IMG/VR virus record: IMGVR_UViG_3300039159_000220
Location: 1 to 48,215 of that record
Reading direction: 5' to 3' (one strand)
From: a virus
Lineage: Duplodnaviria > Caudoviricetes
Length of the DNA stretch: 48,215 nt
Shown: positions 10,134 to 19,280 of the stretch, one piece after another
Layout of the letters: the number at the start of each line of letters is the position of its first letter
Numbering within the stretch: position 1 is the stretch's first letter
Notes under the pieces: model-generated
The model's database searches: none
Told to the model about the DNA's origin: nothing
The model's input: the letters and a program-made list of their open reading frames with translations, nothing else
Position numbers and translations under genes: made by a program

Positions 10134-11029
10134 TAGACAACTCCTAAATCAATACCTTCGACAGTACCATCCACAGTAGAGCCGAGATCAACTATAGAAC
10201 CCACAACCGTATCGGTCACGAATCCGAAATCTAAAGGCAAGGCTTCCAACGTCGCATGAATCAGCATGCGAACATCGTCACCCGTCGTTGAGTTGATCAC
10301 ATGAAACACGGTGCCGAGGTTAGCGGCGCTCAAGACGAAGGCCGGACCTGGCTGACTATCTGCTGAGGTCGGCAACGCCGTAATCGTACCGCCCGTATAA
10401 GCCGCACCGAAAGAGGCGCTCATAGCAACGGCTAAACCTTGCGTGTCGTGACCTCCGTTGAGGCTGCGCTGCCCTAGCGTATCCGATCCAGGTGCCGTTA
10501 GCACGGTGGCTCCTAAAGCAACCACAGTCACTAGCGTTGCTGTAGCTAACGCCGCAACTACAGTGGCCGGAGTTGAGACACCCGTTTGGTAACGGATAGT
10601 GATGATGTTGCCTGCCTCCGAGAATGTGACGCCGCTAGGACTATCACCGAGCATCACCACGCGCACGGCATTGCCGGCGGCACCAGCCGCGACAGCGGTG
10701 AAGCGTAACTGCCCTAACGTCAGGTCAGCCGCGAGTACGTCATCCGTAAATGAAAGCAACGTTTCGACGTTGGCCATGTTGGCGTAACGTAGGACGATCC
10801 AAGATCGCGGCGTTGCACCGTTGCCGTATTGCAGATCGACATCCGTCGTTAGCCGATCGACACCATCACCCGAGACGCCAGCCGTGAGGCCGTCGCACGA
10901 ATACCGCACCGTCACACCCGGCACGGTCTTGATTGACTCTTTCAATAAACGCAACGTGCGACGATTCAAACCAAGAATGGTTGGTTGCTGAGGGGTCTCT
11001 TGATTGATCTTCGTGTAATCCCACGCCAT
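10133..11029 (-). CDS. Putative tail/baseplate-associated structural protein
   Basis: 298-aa Ala/Thr/Gly/Val-rich ORF with TAGGAGAG RBS; LRFTAVAAGAAGNAVRV resembles sheath-type surface domains. Confidence 0.5.
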   Translation of the reverse strand: MAWDYTKINQETPQQPTILGLNRRTLRLLKESIKTVPGVTVRYSCDGLTAGVSGDGVDRLTTDVDLQYGNGATPRSWIVLRYANMANVETLLSFTDDVLAADLTLGQLRFTAVAAGAAGNAVRVVMLGDSPSGVTFSEAGNIITIRYQTGVSTPATVVAALATATLVTVVALGATVLTAPGSDTLGQRSLNGGHDTQGLAVAMSASFGAAYTGGTITALPTSADSQPGPAFVLSAANLGTVFHVINSTTGDDVRMLIHATLEALPLDFGFVTDTVVGSIVDLGSTVDGTVEGIDLGVV

Positions 11030-11037
11030 GGTCTCTC

Positions 11038-11898
11038 CTAAAGCTCGTCTGGTAGAAAGTCTTCCGCAACCATTAATCCGCCGATCGCATTATCACCCGT
11101 ACCGATCACCGCCAACACCTTCCCCAAGACGCTCGACAAGCGTGTATCATAAGGTTCGGGTAGCAAGCCACGAATCAGTTTTGACTTGTAATTGTCGAGC
11201 GCTGCCGGTGTGGGATCGAAGGCTTCAAGCACAAGCGAACCGACGACCCAAGGTGCATTCTCGGAAGAGGCCACCGTGAGTACCTCCGGAGGTGCAATGA
11301 TCGCCGGATACGCCACATCGATAAGCATCAACGACATCCCGATCTGCCGCTCGCTTGCCCTAATGGCTTCGAGTGGAATGATGTCGTCGAAAGATGCGAC
11401 AAGCGGATTGCCGGCATATTGCAGGAAGAGATAAACGCCGAGCGTGTTAATCGCCGCCGTGCTGGGCGTTGCGCCTACGACCGACGTCAGGCTTGTAGAG
11501 GTGCCGGAGACGTTCGCACCAAGGCTACCTAGCGGCGCGTAGAAGCCGTTAGGATGGTTGATCGGATCAAAGTCATAATCACGAGCAACACCCCGATAGG
11601 TAGCTGCTACCGCGAGAACCTGGCGTGCATCGGGATAGTCGACCGCATAGATTGAAGGTTCGGTAGCTTGCGCCCATTTGTAGGCGTAGTAAATACGCGC
11701 CTGACTCGTACCTTTGAATCCTATAGGTAGAAAGCCGGTAGGCCAACTCAGCGTGTCTGTCGACGAATTACCGACGCCGATCATCAGCAGAATGAGATCA
11801 CCCTCTTGGACGTCCGGCCTACTGAGCGTCGCGGTCGTGACAAGCACAAGCACGGACGTAATACCGTGCGCGGTCCTGGCGTCGACAAACGCCAACAT
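11038..11898 (-). CDS. Baseplate-associated protein: beta domain plus C-terminal wedge-like helical segment
   Basis: 286 aa coupled to baseplate J (overlapping stop/start); GDLILLMI...WPTGF...YAYKWA...EP beta domain; C-terminal KLIRGLLPEPYDTRLSSVLGKVLAVIG. Confidence 0.55.
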   Translation of the reverse strand: MLAFVDARTAHGITSVLVLVTTATLSRPDVQEGDLILLMIGVGNSSTDTLSWPTGFLPIGFKGTSQARIYYAYKWAQATEPSIYAVDYPDARQVLAVAATYRGVARDYDFDPINHPNGFYAPLGSLGANVSGTSTSLTSVVGATPSTAAINTLGVYLFLQYAGNPLVASFDDIIPLEAIRASERQIGMSLMLIDVAYPAIIAPPEVLTVASSENAPWVVGSLVLEAFDPTPAALDNYKSKLIRGLLPEPYDTRLSSVLGKVLAVIGTGDNAIGGLMVAEDFLPDEL

Positions 11899-13979
11899 CA
11901 GACAAGCACCACATCATCCGACGTGATCCGGAGAATCTGCCCAGACGGTACCGTTAGATTCGTGGTCGGTGCGATCATGGTCACGTCTTCGATATCCGCC
12001 AAGCCTTTGATGAGCCGGATCACTTCACTGACATAAACGTTCTCACCGATACCCAACGAATTGACGTATGCCTGCACGGTCTCGCGCACGCCATCGCCGA
12101 CCTGCGCGTCGCTGAAGCCACGCTTGGGAATGATCTTGATAATGAAGGTGCTGGCGATGACGGCTGGGGCGCGCAAGACGACTTTCGTACCTGCCGCGCG
12201 AATCCCAGGAAAGGTATCGAAGTCGGTGCGGTCGCCATTCACGGCCCGCTGAACGTAAGCAGCTAACCCGGAAGAGTAGAGATACGCACCTTCGCTGACG
12301 GACGCACCGTCGCTCGCGGCGATCAACGCATCGTGAGCTAACAACCCTGTAGTCAGTTCCAGATCGCCAGTCGATTCATTGAAAACAAAATCAACATCAG
12401 GCACCAGCGGCGCAACGGCTAAATCAAACACGCTGTACGCACCCAACGAAGGTGTCGCGCCGCCAAACAGCGTAAAGGCCGTGGCGGTATTCGAGCTGAT
12501 CTCATAAAACTGATCGTCGTCCGTCTTCAAGAACTGACCTACATGGGCGTTGACGGTCAACGCTTGCGCCAAGTCCGTGAGCACGCCGATGCCGACGGAA
12601 GTAGCCTCGCCACGTTGCAGACTCTTGAAGATGCGCGGTGTCACCGGCAGCGACGCCGATACAGCGTAAGGGCCATACTGACCAAGCCGACCGCGACGGT
12701 CGCCAACTTCAGCATCCCGGATGAGGATGTCACGGCCGATAAAGGCGCGCTGATCTAACGTGAACGTTGAGGTGCCATCTGAAATATAAAGCAGGCTTGT
12801 GCCGGGCGAGACAGGCTCGACGATCTCCACAAAGGCTACCGAAGATTTCGTCAGCGGATCTTCGAGACCAGAGGTCAGCGTCTCCAACGCCAACGGCGTG
12901 CCCTTAGACAAACTCTGCAACTCATTACGCAAGCGTTTGCGGAAAGGACCGTCTTGTTCACGATCTGCGCCGCGCGTTGCGGCGATCGGATTAAGCACAG
13001 TAGCGCCCGCAAAAGGAGCCGCCGTCCATTGCGTGATGGTCGCGGAGCCGACGCGCGTTGCGGCACCTACGTCTACGGAGATCACGTCAATCAGATCGGA
13101 CGTGAAGTCACCATCAAGCAGCACGCCGGGCGTCACGACGCTGAAGTTGACTTGCTTGCTGCTTGAGCTGGCCGGCACGTAGCATACGGTATCTGCGCTG
13201 ATGCTGCGGCTTGATCCCGAAGTCGACAAGACAACATCCGTATCAAGAGCGTGTGCAAACGTCGTAGCCGCCACGGTAAACGTGTCTCCGACGCGCGTAT
13301 AGGTTCGGTACTCTTCGCGCACCGTCGCACGCTCTAAGATTAAGGTACCTGTGACGGGCCAAGCTGCGCCAGTACCGAGCAAGACCGTTACGACGGTATC
13401 GCCGATCACACACGGAGCCGCTAAGACCGTGCGCGTCGCGACACGTAGAGCCTCGGCACCTAACGCATGCGCATAGACCAGACCCGTAACCGGCGCGACG
13501 ACCGTGAACGAATTACCTGCGCGTGTGTAGACGATCTGTTCGGCACGTTCGGTGCCGCGATCTAAGATCAAGGCACCGGACGTTGGGAAGGCCGTCGCGT
13601 CGTTGACGATGAAAGTCACCGCTGCGGGCAGCACGTCGCCAGTCAAGACGGCGCGCACCAAGAGCCGGCCATCGCTAACACTAATCTTGCAGATCGACGT
13701 GTTCGCAGGCCGACGTCGCAACCGCGCTACTAACCCGGCACCAAAGTCCAAGGCTCGCCGATCAACGTCATCGCCGACACACTTCTCTAGCGAGAAGAGA
13801 TCCAACAGACGAGCCATCTGCACAAACTGCTCTGCGTCCATGAAGGCGGCGGCTTCTAAGATCGTGCGAATCACCGAGCCTTCCCGAAGATCGACCGCAT
13901 CGCCCTGATAGAAACGCAACCACGCGAACATCGTGGCGCGCAATTCAGGATAGGTCTGGATTCGAAAGGCTGTCGACAT
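11898..13979 (-). CDS. Baseplate J-like wedge protein (T4 gp6-like)
   Basis: DLREGSVIRTILEA, GDDVDRRA, GADREQDGPFRKRL, RAAGTKVVL and YVNSLGIGENVYVSEVI...IEDV are typical baseplate J motifs. Confidence 0.9.
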   Translation of the reverse strand: MSTAFRIQTYPELRATMFAWLRFYQGDAVDLREGSVIRTILEAAAFMDAEQFVQMARLLDLFSLEKCVGDDVDRRALDFGAGLVARLRRRPANTSICKISVSDGRLLVRAVLTGDVLPAAVTFIVNDATAFPTSGALILDRGTERAEQIVYTRAGNSFTVVAPVTGLVYAHALGAEALRVATRTVLAAPCVIGDTVVTVLLGTGAAWPVTGTLILERATVREEYRTYTRVGDTFTVAATTFAHALDTDVVLSTSGSSRSISADTVCYVPASSSSKQVNFSVVTPGVLLDGDFTSDLIDVISVDVGAATRVGSATITQWTAAPFAGATVLNPIAATRGADREQDGPFRKRLRNELQSLSKGTPLALETLTSGLEDPLTKSSVAFVEIVEPVSPGTSLLYISDGTSTFTLDQRAFIGRDILIRDAEVGDRRGRLGQYGPYAVSASLPVTPRIFKSLQRGEATSVGIGVLTDLAQALTVNAHVGQFLKTDDDQFYEISSNTATAFTLFGGATPSLGAYSVFDLAVAPLVPDVDFVFNESTGDLELTTGLLAHDALIAASDGASVSEGAYLYSSGLAAYVQRAVNGDRTDFDTFPGIRAAGTKVVLRAPAVIASTFIIKIIPKRGFSDAQVGDGVRETVQAYVNSLGIGENVYVSEVIRLIKGLADIEDVTMIAPTTNLTVPSGQILRITSDDVVLV

Positions 13980-13982
13980 GAG

Positions 13983-16181
13983 CTATCCTACTGACACGTT
14001 GAGGGTTTTGAAACTCTTTACGGTGATCGGCTGCACTTCAGCGGACAGGTCAATACGATCGCCCTGCAAAGATAGCCGTACATTACGCACCTCTGCAACT
14101 CTGGAATCAGCTAAGAAGGCACGTCGTAGGAAATACGTGTAGACGGTTTGTAGACTTTCGTTCCAAGGCTTGCCCAGCGGTGCGGGATTGCCAAACGTCG
14201 GCGCGAAAGGATGCGTGCCTAGCTCCGTGTTCATGCGCAAGAGCAGTGCTTGTTCAAGATTCTCTAACCCGCTAACCGTTGCAAGATCGTTAGCACTATT
14301 CACCAGCAGGTCAGCATATACGCGACCGTTGTCCGTGGTGAACTTGAGCAAGAGGTCGCGACCAAACGCCCGTTCATTCGGCAAAACTTGTCGACGCGGA
14401 TTGAAGTACACCAAGGACAATTCATAAGTCGAACCCGCTGGCGGTGGTGTACTCCACATGCGATTGACGCGCAACGAAGTCTCGGTGTTGGCGATCACGA
14501 TACGCGTTTCCGGCAAACCACCAAGCATAACTGTGACGCTGTAACCGACCCACTGATCTGTACGCCATGGTGAGGTCAAGCTTTCGTCGAAGAGATCTAA
14601 GGGTGTTGAGGCTCGCGTTGTCAGGCTCGTAAACGTTGGCGCGGCGGCGTCTGGCTCTTCCGAACCTATACCGTCGCCGTCCGCTGGCAAGACGGGAATC
14701 TCGATGTAATCGCCCCAAGCTAACGTATTCGAAGCTCGCTGCTTTTGATCGCTCACGATGTACGGCGCGTCGAGATGATTGACGATCACCAATTCTAGGA
14801 AGCGTGTCGTATCGCCGAGGTACTTAGCCGCCAAGGAAAAGATCGTATCACCCGTTGAGACAACGACTCGCTTGGTCGCGGAAGCCGCCAACAGCGAAGT
14901 GTCCGCCATCAACCCTAAACCGCTCACGCCGACCAGCGGATTCACGTCCGGCGTACCGACGTTGCTTGCCGGTTCGCGAAGGTACGCATCCGAAGCGCCA
15001 CGCCGGCCGCGCGTAGTGCCGAACGAAGTCGACGTTTGGGCAAGCGCAATACCCCGACCATCAGTATCGCCTTGGACCAACGCGAACTGATGCACCACAT
15101 GACGCTTGAGTTCCTGGAGGAACTCCGTCAACTCAACACCCGCACGTAACGTACTGCCGGTGATGTTGCGAGGCGAGAACTTGTCTACCAAAATGAACAA
15201 GCCATCGATCGCAAAACTGAGCTGGGTTGCCAACGCTAGCGGCGTCTCAATGACCGTCTGATACGTGTCGCGAATATCTTCAAAGAAACCAACGAAGTTG
15301 CCAACCTGCCGCAGCACGTTTTGCAAACTCCGCTTGATCGCCCCTGTTGTGTGAATCAAGAATGCGGTGCCGGTGTTGTTCATCTCACGCAACCGCACCA
15401 GCGTGCTGCCGCCATCGAGCCGCTTAGACCCGGTAGCTTGCACGTAGGTAGCTAACGCGGTGTGCTTGGTCATCGCCTTGAGCGGCTTCACGTGCCGGCC
15501 TTCGTGATCTAACTCGTTCGCACCTGGGAACCTAGAAGCGATTGCAGGCAAACGACTCACGACGCTATCGATGCTTTGAGAACCCACCAAGCCTGGCGGT
15601 AACTCAACCGTCGTAGGTTCGAGACAGACAAAAGCGATCGAGTAGTTATAGGAGAACGCTTTGGATCGAGACATCGTAAAGTCTTGGGGCTCGATGCGCC
15701 AATACTCATCAGCCTTGATGTCAAAGTAATGCATGGTCACGCCACGCCGGCCTTGCGACCGCTCGTAACCGTAGCGCGTAAAGAGATAGCGGAGATCGTA
15801 GAAAGCTTTGAACCCGGAACGCGTGGCTTGCGAGGTACGCTCTTCTAACGTCTGCGGTCCTAATGGTCCGCGCACCAACGTAGCCGCCAGCGATCCGCTG
15901 GCGAACTCAGGCGCAATGTAACCCGTGGTGCCGGTAAGCGTACAATTGCGTGTGACGATCCCTCGGGACTCGACAACTTTGCCGGCACCTTGTGTCGGCG
16001 TGATGACGGTTGAAAACGGCTCGCGCATCGTGATTGATTGCGGGTTAAGCCGCAACTGCACGGTAAAGGATTCCAGCGGACCGTTTAGGCCGTGCAGAAA
16101 GAAGCCGTAGGCATAGGTCCGCGAGAAGCGCTTCGCAAACTCAGCATCAGGACGGGTCGGGAGAGTTGGAGGCAAGGCCAT
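13983..16181 (-). CDS. Fused baseplate protein: tube-initiator-like + LysM (gp53-like) + gp25-like domains
   Basis: N-terminal LNPQSITMREP...LTGTTG...YSIAF; central VVSTGDTIFSLAAKYLGD...LVIVNHL (LysM); C-terminal DLATVSGLENLEQALLLRMNTELG.HPFAPTFG...ADSRVAEV (gp25/GPW). Confidence 0.75.
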   Translation of the reverse strand: MALPPTLPTRPDAEFAKRFSRTYAYGFFLHGLNGPLESFTVQLRLNPQSITMREPFSTVITPTQGAGKVVESRGIVTRNCTLTGTTGYIAPEFASGSLAATLVRGPLGPQTLEERTSQATRSGFKAFYDLRYLFTRYGYERSQGRRGVTMHYFDIKADEYWRIEPQDFTMSRSKAFSYNYSIAFVCLEPTTVELPPGLVGSQSIDSVVSRLPAIASRFPGANELDHEGRHVKPLKAMTKHTALATYVQATGSKRLDGGSTLVRLREMNNTGTAFLIHTTGAIKRSLQNVLRQVGNFVGFFEDIRDTYQTVIETPLALATQLSFAIDGLFILVDKFSPRNITGSTLRAGVELTEFLQELKRHVVHQFALVQGDTDGRGIALAQTSTSFGTTRGRRGASDAYLREPASNVGTPDVNPLVGVSGLGLMADTSLLAASATKRVVVSTGDTIFSLAAKYLGDTTRFLELVIVNHLDAPYIVSDQKQRASNTLAWGDYIEIPVLPADGDGIGSEEPDAAAPTFTSLTTRASTPLDLFDESLTSPWRTDQWVGYSVTVMLGGLPETRIVIANTETSLRVNRMWSTPPPAGSTYELSLVYFNPRRQVLPNERAFGRDLLLKFTTDNGRVYADLLVNSANDLATVSGLENLEQALLLRMNTELGTHPFAPTFGNPAPLGKPWNESLQTVYTYFLRRAFLADSRVAEVRNVRLSLQGDRIDLSAEVQPITVKSFKTLNVSVG

Positions 16182-16190
16182 GTGGCTCCT

Positions 16191-16664
16191 TTAGAGTATC
16201 GGAGTGACAAGCGAAGGTGGATAAGTCACGGTACCGCCAAGCACCGCTGCGGTATGCAGAATACCCGCAATCGTGTCCAGCGAAGCTATCCGATCAGCCT
16301 TGCTGGAGGTATTCGAAACGAAAGCCGCCATCAGCAAGCCTGAGACGCCCGCATGCGGCGGCGGGAGGATAGCGATAGCTGCCGGGAAGGACGTGGCAAG
16401 GCCGAGCGCTACGGCGCCCCAGAAGGCTTGCAGCCCGGTTGTCAAGACCGAGGCACCAGCGCTAGCTCTGCCTAGGCCGGCGAGTGCGGCAAGCATCGCC
16501 GTGCGACCGGCAGCCACGCCGAGCGGCGTCAGCGGCACGCCATTGGCGGTAGCACCCGCAGCGTAAGTCGCATAAGCGTCCGCGATAGCCTGAATCGAAA
16601 CTACCTCGGAAGCCATCGGCACGATCCGCGCCAGCTCCGCTTGTAAGGTCGCACGCAGTAACAC
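16191..16664 (-). CDS. Hypothetical Ala-rich protein after the spike
   Basis: 157-aa ORF directly following the spike gene. Confidence 0.55.
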   Translation of the reverse strand: MLLRATLQAELARIVPMASEVVSIQAIADAYATYAAGATANGVPLTPLGVAAGRTAMLAALAGLGRASAGASVLTTGLQAFWGAVALGLATSFPAAIAILPPPHAGVSGLLMAAFVSNTSSKADRIASLDTIAGILHTAAVLGGTVTYPPSLVTPIL

Positions 16665-16665
16665 C

Positions 16666-17526
16666 CTAGATTTCCTTCTGCGTGAAGGCCATGTCGCTCA
16701 GCAACGTATCAAGCGCGGCCTTGAGCGCGGTCAACTTGGCCGCGCTTGGCGGTAGCATCGGACCTGACGGCCCCATTCCGGTAGAATAGGTAGCTTGCAA
16801 GAGCGCATCGATTAGGTCGGCGGCGAACTGCTTGAACTGCTGACCCAAGACGAGATTCTCGCTAGCGCCTTGCTGACCGATGAATAGATCTTTGCCGGCC
16901 GCAGGTTGCAGCTCGATATCGCCGGAGTCTAAGAGCTTAAACTTAGACCCTGACTTGTGCTCAAACGCGACGTCGCCGTTCAGCGTGAATGCAAGTTTCG
17001 AAGTCGACTTATGCGTGATCACATAATCACCATTGGACTTGAACTCGACACTGGTACCCTTGTGAATCGAGTACCGCCGATCGCCGTCTGCCTTGGTCGC
17101 GCCATAGGCCGAGCGTGCATGCCGCATGACGCCTAAGATCACACCTTTGGTGCGCGTCCCGTCTACGAAAGCAACCAAGACCCGATCGCCGTCTGTGTCC
17201 TGTGCAATCGTTTGGCTATTGAACGTTTTAGATTTCGAACCCGGCAGCAAGGCTGAGGCTGGTCGCAATACGTCATCGTCGCCATCTTCAAGACCGCTCA
17301 TCTGCTGCGCACGCCGGCAGCGTGTCACGGTCTCGCCCGTATGCAGATCTCGACAAACATACTCGACCGAGGTTCGCGACGTATTGCCAGGCTCATCGCT
17401 ATAGACGCGCGCGATGACGATCATTTCATGGAGATCGTTCAAGCTATGATAGGGATCGCGCTGCGTCTGCGTCACCATCTGAAGCCCTGCTTGAATCGGA
17501 GAACCGTCGTAGGCTTGATCTCTCAT
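16666..17526 (-). CDS. Baseplate central spike (GpV/gp5-like)
   Basis: GDRVLVAFVDGTRTKGVILG (OB-fold motif) followed by HKxxSx beta repeats; follows the hub. Confidence 0.8.
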   Translation of the reverse strand: MRDQAYDGSPIQAGLQMVTQTQRDPYHSLNDLHEMIVIARVYSDEPGNTSRTSVEYVCRDLHTGETVTRCRRAQQMSGLEDGDDDVLRPASALLPGSKSKTFNSQTIAQDTDGDRVLVAFVDGTRTKGVILGVMRHARSAYGATKADGDRRYSIHKGTSVEFKSNGDYVITHKSTSKLAFTLNGDVAFEHKSGSKFKLLDSGDIELQPAAGKDLFIGQQGASENLVLGQQFKQFAADLIDALLQATYSTGMGPSGPMLPPSAAKLTALKAALDTLLSDMAFTQKEI

Positions 17527-19280
17527 TGGTCACCGTTGTTAGGTTTTGGAATAGCAGGACCGCCGACTGTACCGATCCCATCGATATTATCGACATCAAC
17601 AATGACACGTTCTTTGGCGTTCTTAATTATCGAAGCACCCGCAGGCGTCGTGATGAGCGCTGCATCCGTAACCGCACTACCGGCACGTGTCCACAGCAAA
17701 TTGTTCTCGATACCTTTGCTGGTAGGATCTACGCCACGCACGACCGTCAGCGAAGTCCGACTACCACCCGCTTCGACCGCAAACGAATGGGAGACCGCTT
17801 GTACGTAGAAGTCAGTTGCCGACACACCATCTTCAGCCCACAGCCGCAAGCGCGTACCTACACGGATGTTCGGCTTGAATCGCGTCACAATACTTCCCGC
17901 CAACATCTTATCGTTAGCGGCGTACCACGTAGACAATAAGCCTACGTAGTACTCAAACACATCGGTGAAGACATCTGCCGGAGGTACGGTTGACGACCCT
18001 CGATCATACGAGGCCGAAGCGTCCGAAGATAGAAAGCAAAAAGAAGTCTCCGCATCGAGGCGGCGAATGCCGTGATGGGCAATCGAATCGATGAAGACAC
18101 GAATGCCGTAAATCAACTCTTGATGCTCAGCCTTTAACTCCGGAAAGCGAATGCGGAAGAAGTTGAAGAGATCATGAGACGAATGCCCAACGTCGATGTC
18201 GTAAACTTCCGTGGCGTGAACTTCGTTGAGCGGCAACGCGGCAAACGCCAACTTATCGTAAGGGAGCTGACGAAAGACAAGGGCGCAAATCTCTTTTCGC
18301 TCCTTGGTCGGTGTTGGCTGTGAAGCAAAAGCAGGCAAGCCTTGCATCTCGACCCACGCCGCATATTGCCGGAGGCCGTCTGAGTTAGGTACGAAAGCTG
18401 CCGCCGTCTCAGACAAATGATCTAAAAGCTTCACCTCGCCAGGCGTAAGATCGCGCACATCTACGAACATCTCGTTTACGACCCGGTTGCAGTACGATTC
18501 TAAGAGCGACCAAACATTGCCGGCCTGCGCAATGGCAATCTCTTTGATGACGGAATAGCCAAACATCGTGCGCTGCACAAACGTCGTGACGTCGATCAGC
18601 GAAGTCAATGGAATCGAAGACGTCGCACCTTGCAGCCGCCATTGCGCCCCAACCATCTTGCTGCCGGTAGCTTCGGCACTGTACATCAGCTTGAGGATCG
18701 TCAAGACGTATTCCAAAGGACTCAACGCTGCGACCTTTTGCGGGCTTTCAAATAGCTCGGCATAATACTTGGACGAGAAATAGGCTTGCTCTAAATCGGC
18801 ATAGCTCTTGTCGAAGACCGTTGAAGTTTCCTGGAAGACGCAACCTAGATCGCGACCGCTCACGGTGTAATGCGTCGTCACCTCGCCGCCACCCGCTGCT
18901 GTACTCCGTGAGGTTCGATCAACCAGACCAATCGTCACCAACGTACCTACGGCTTTGGTCTCAGATGAATAACTACCCTTGTCGTCCATGAAAATGAAGA
19001 CAAGATCGCCAGGCTTGAGAATCGCTAGATAGTCCCGCTCCGACTTGAGGCTGAAGTTGAAAACACCCGCAGGACTCGACGTATCTTTGCTCCACGAACA
19101 AGAGAGCACATCCGAATGACCGGCAGACTCAAGCCATGCCAGCGGTGCGCCGGCCGCGATGTATTGCGCGAGATTTAAGGTAGAAGCTTGCGCTACCCAT
19201 GTCTCTACGTCGAAAGACTGCATACGCGGAATATGCAACACATGACATGTGCTGTTGATGTCCCAAACTTTTTGACTCAT
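17523..19280 (-). CDS. Baseplate hub protein (T4 gp27/Mu gp44-like)
   Basis: SKDTSSPAGVFNFSL, LKPGDLVFIFM, VSGRDLG and C-terminal IRVGTRL...FYVQAVSHSF...TSLTVVRG; follows the tape measure. Confidence 0.75.
   Translation of the reverse strand: MSQKVWDINSTCHVLHIPRMQSFDVETWVAQASTLNLAQYIAAGAPLAWLESAGHSDVLSCSWSKDTSSPAGVFNFSLKSERDYLAILKPGDLVFIFMDDKGSYSSETKAVGTLVTIGLVDRTSRSTAAGGGEVTTHYTVSGRDLGCVFQETSTVFDKSYADLEQAYFSSKYYAELFESPQKVAALSPLEYVLTILKLMYSAEATGSKMVGAQWRLQGATSSIPLTSLIDVTTFVQRTMFGYSVIKEIAIAQAGNVWSLLESYCNRVVNEMFVDVRDLTPGEVKLLDHLSETAAAFVPNSDGLRQYAAWVEMQGLPAFASQPTPTKERKEICALVFRQLPYDKLAFAALPLNEVHATEVYDIDVGHSSHDLFNFFRIRFPELKAEHQELIYGIRVFIDSIAHHGIRRLDAETSFCFLSSDASASYDRGSSTVPPADVFTDVFEYYVGLLSTWYAANDKMLAGSIVTRFKPNIRVGTRLRLWAEDGVSATDFYVQAVSHSFAVEAGGSRTSLTVVRGVDPTSKGIENNLLWTRAGSAVTDAALITTPAGASIIKNAKERVIVDVDNIDGIGTVGGPAIPKPNNGDQ

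Noticed and set aside
16666-16830. Spike lacking the HxH iron-binding tip motif
   Set aside because: The T-G-x-G-P-S-G plus helix ending is, as I recall, a common spike variant, so not distinctive.
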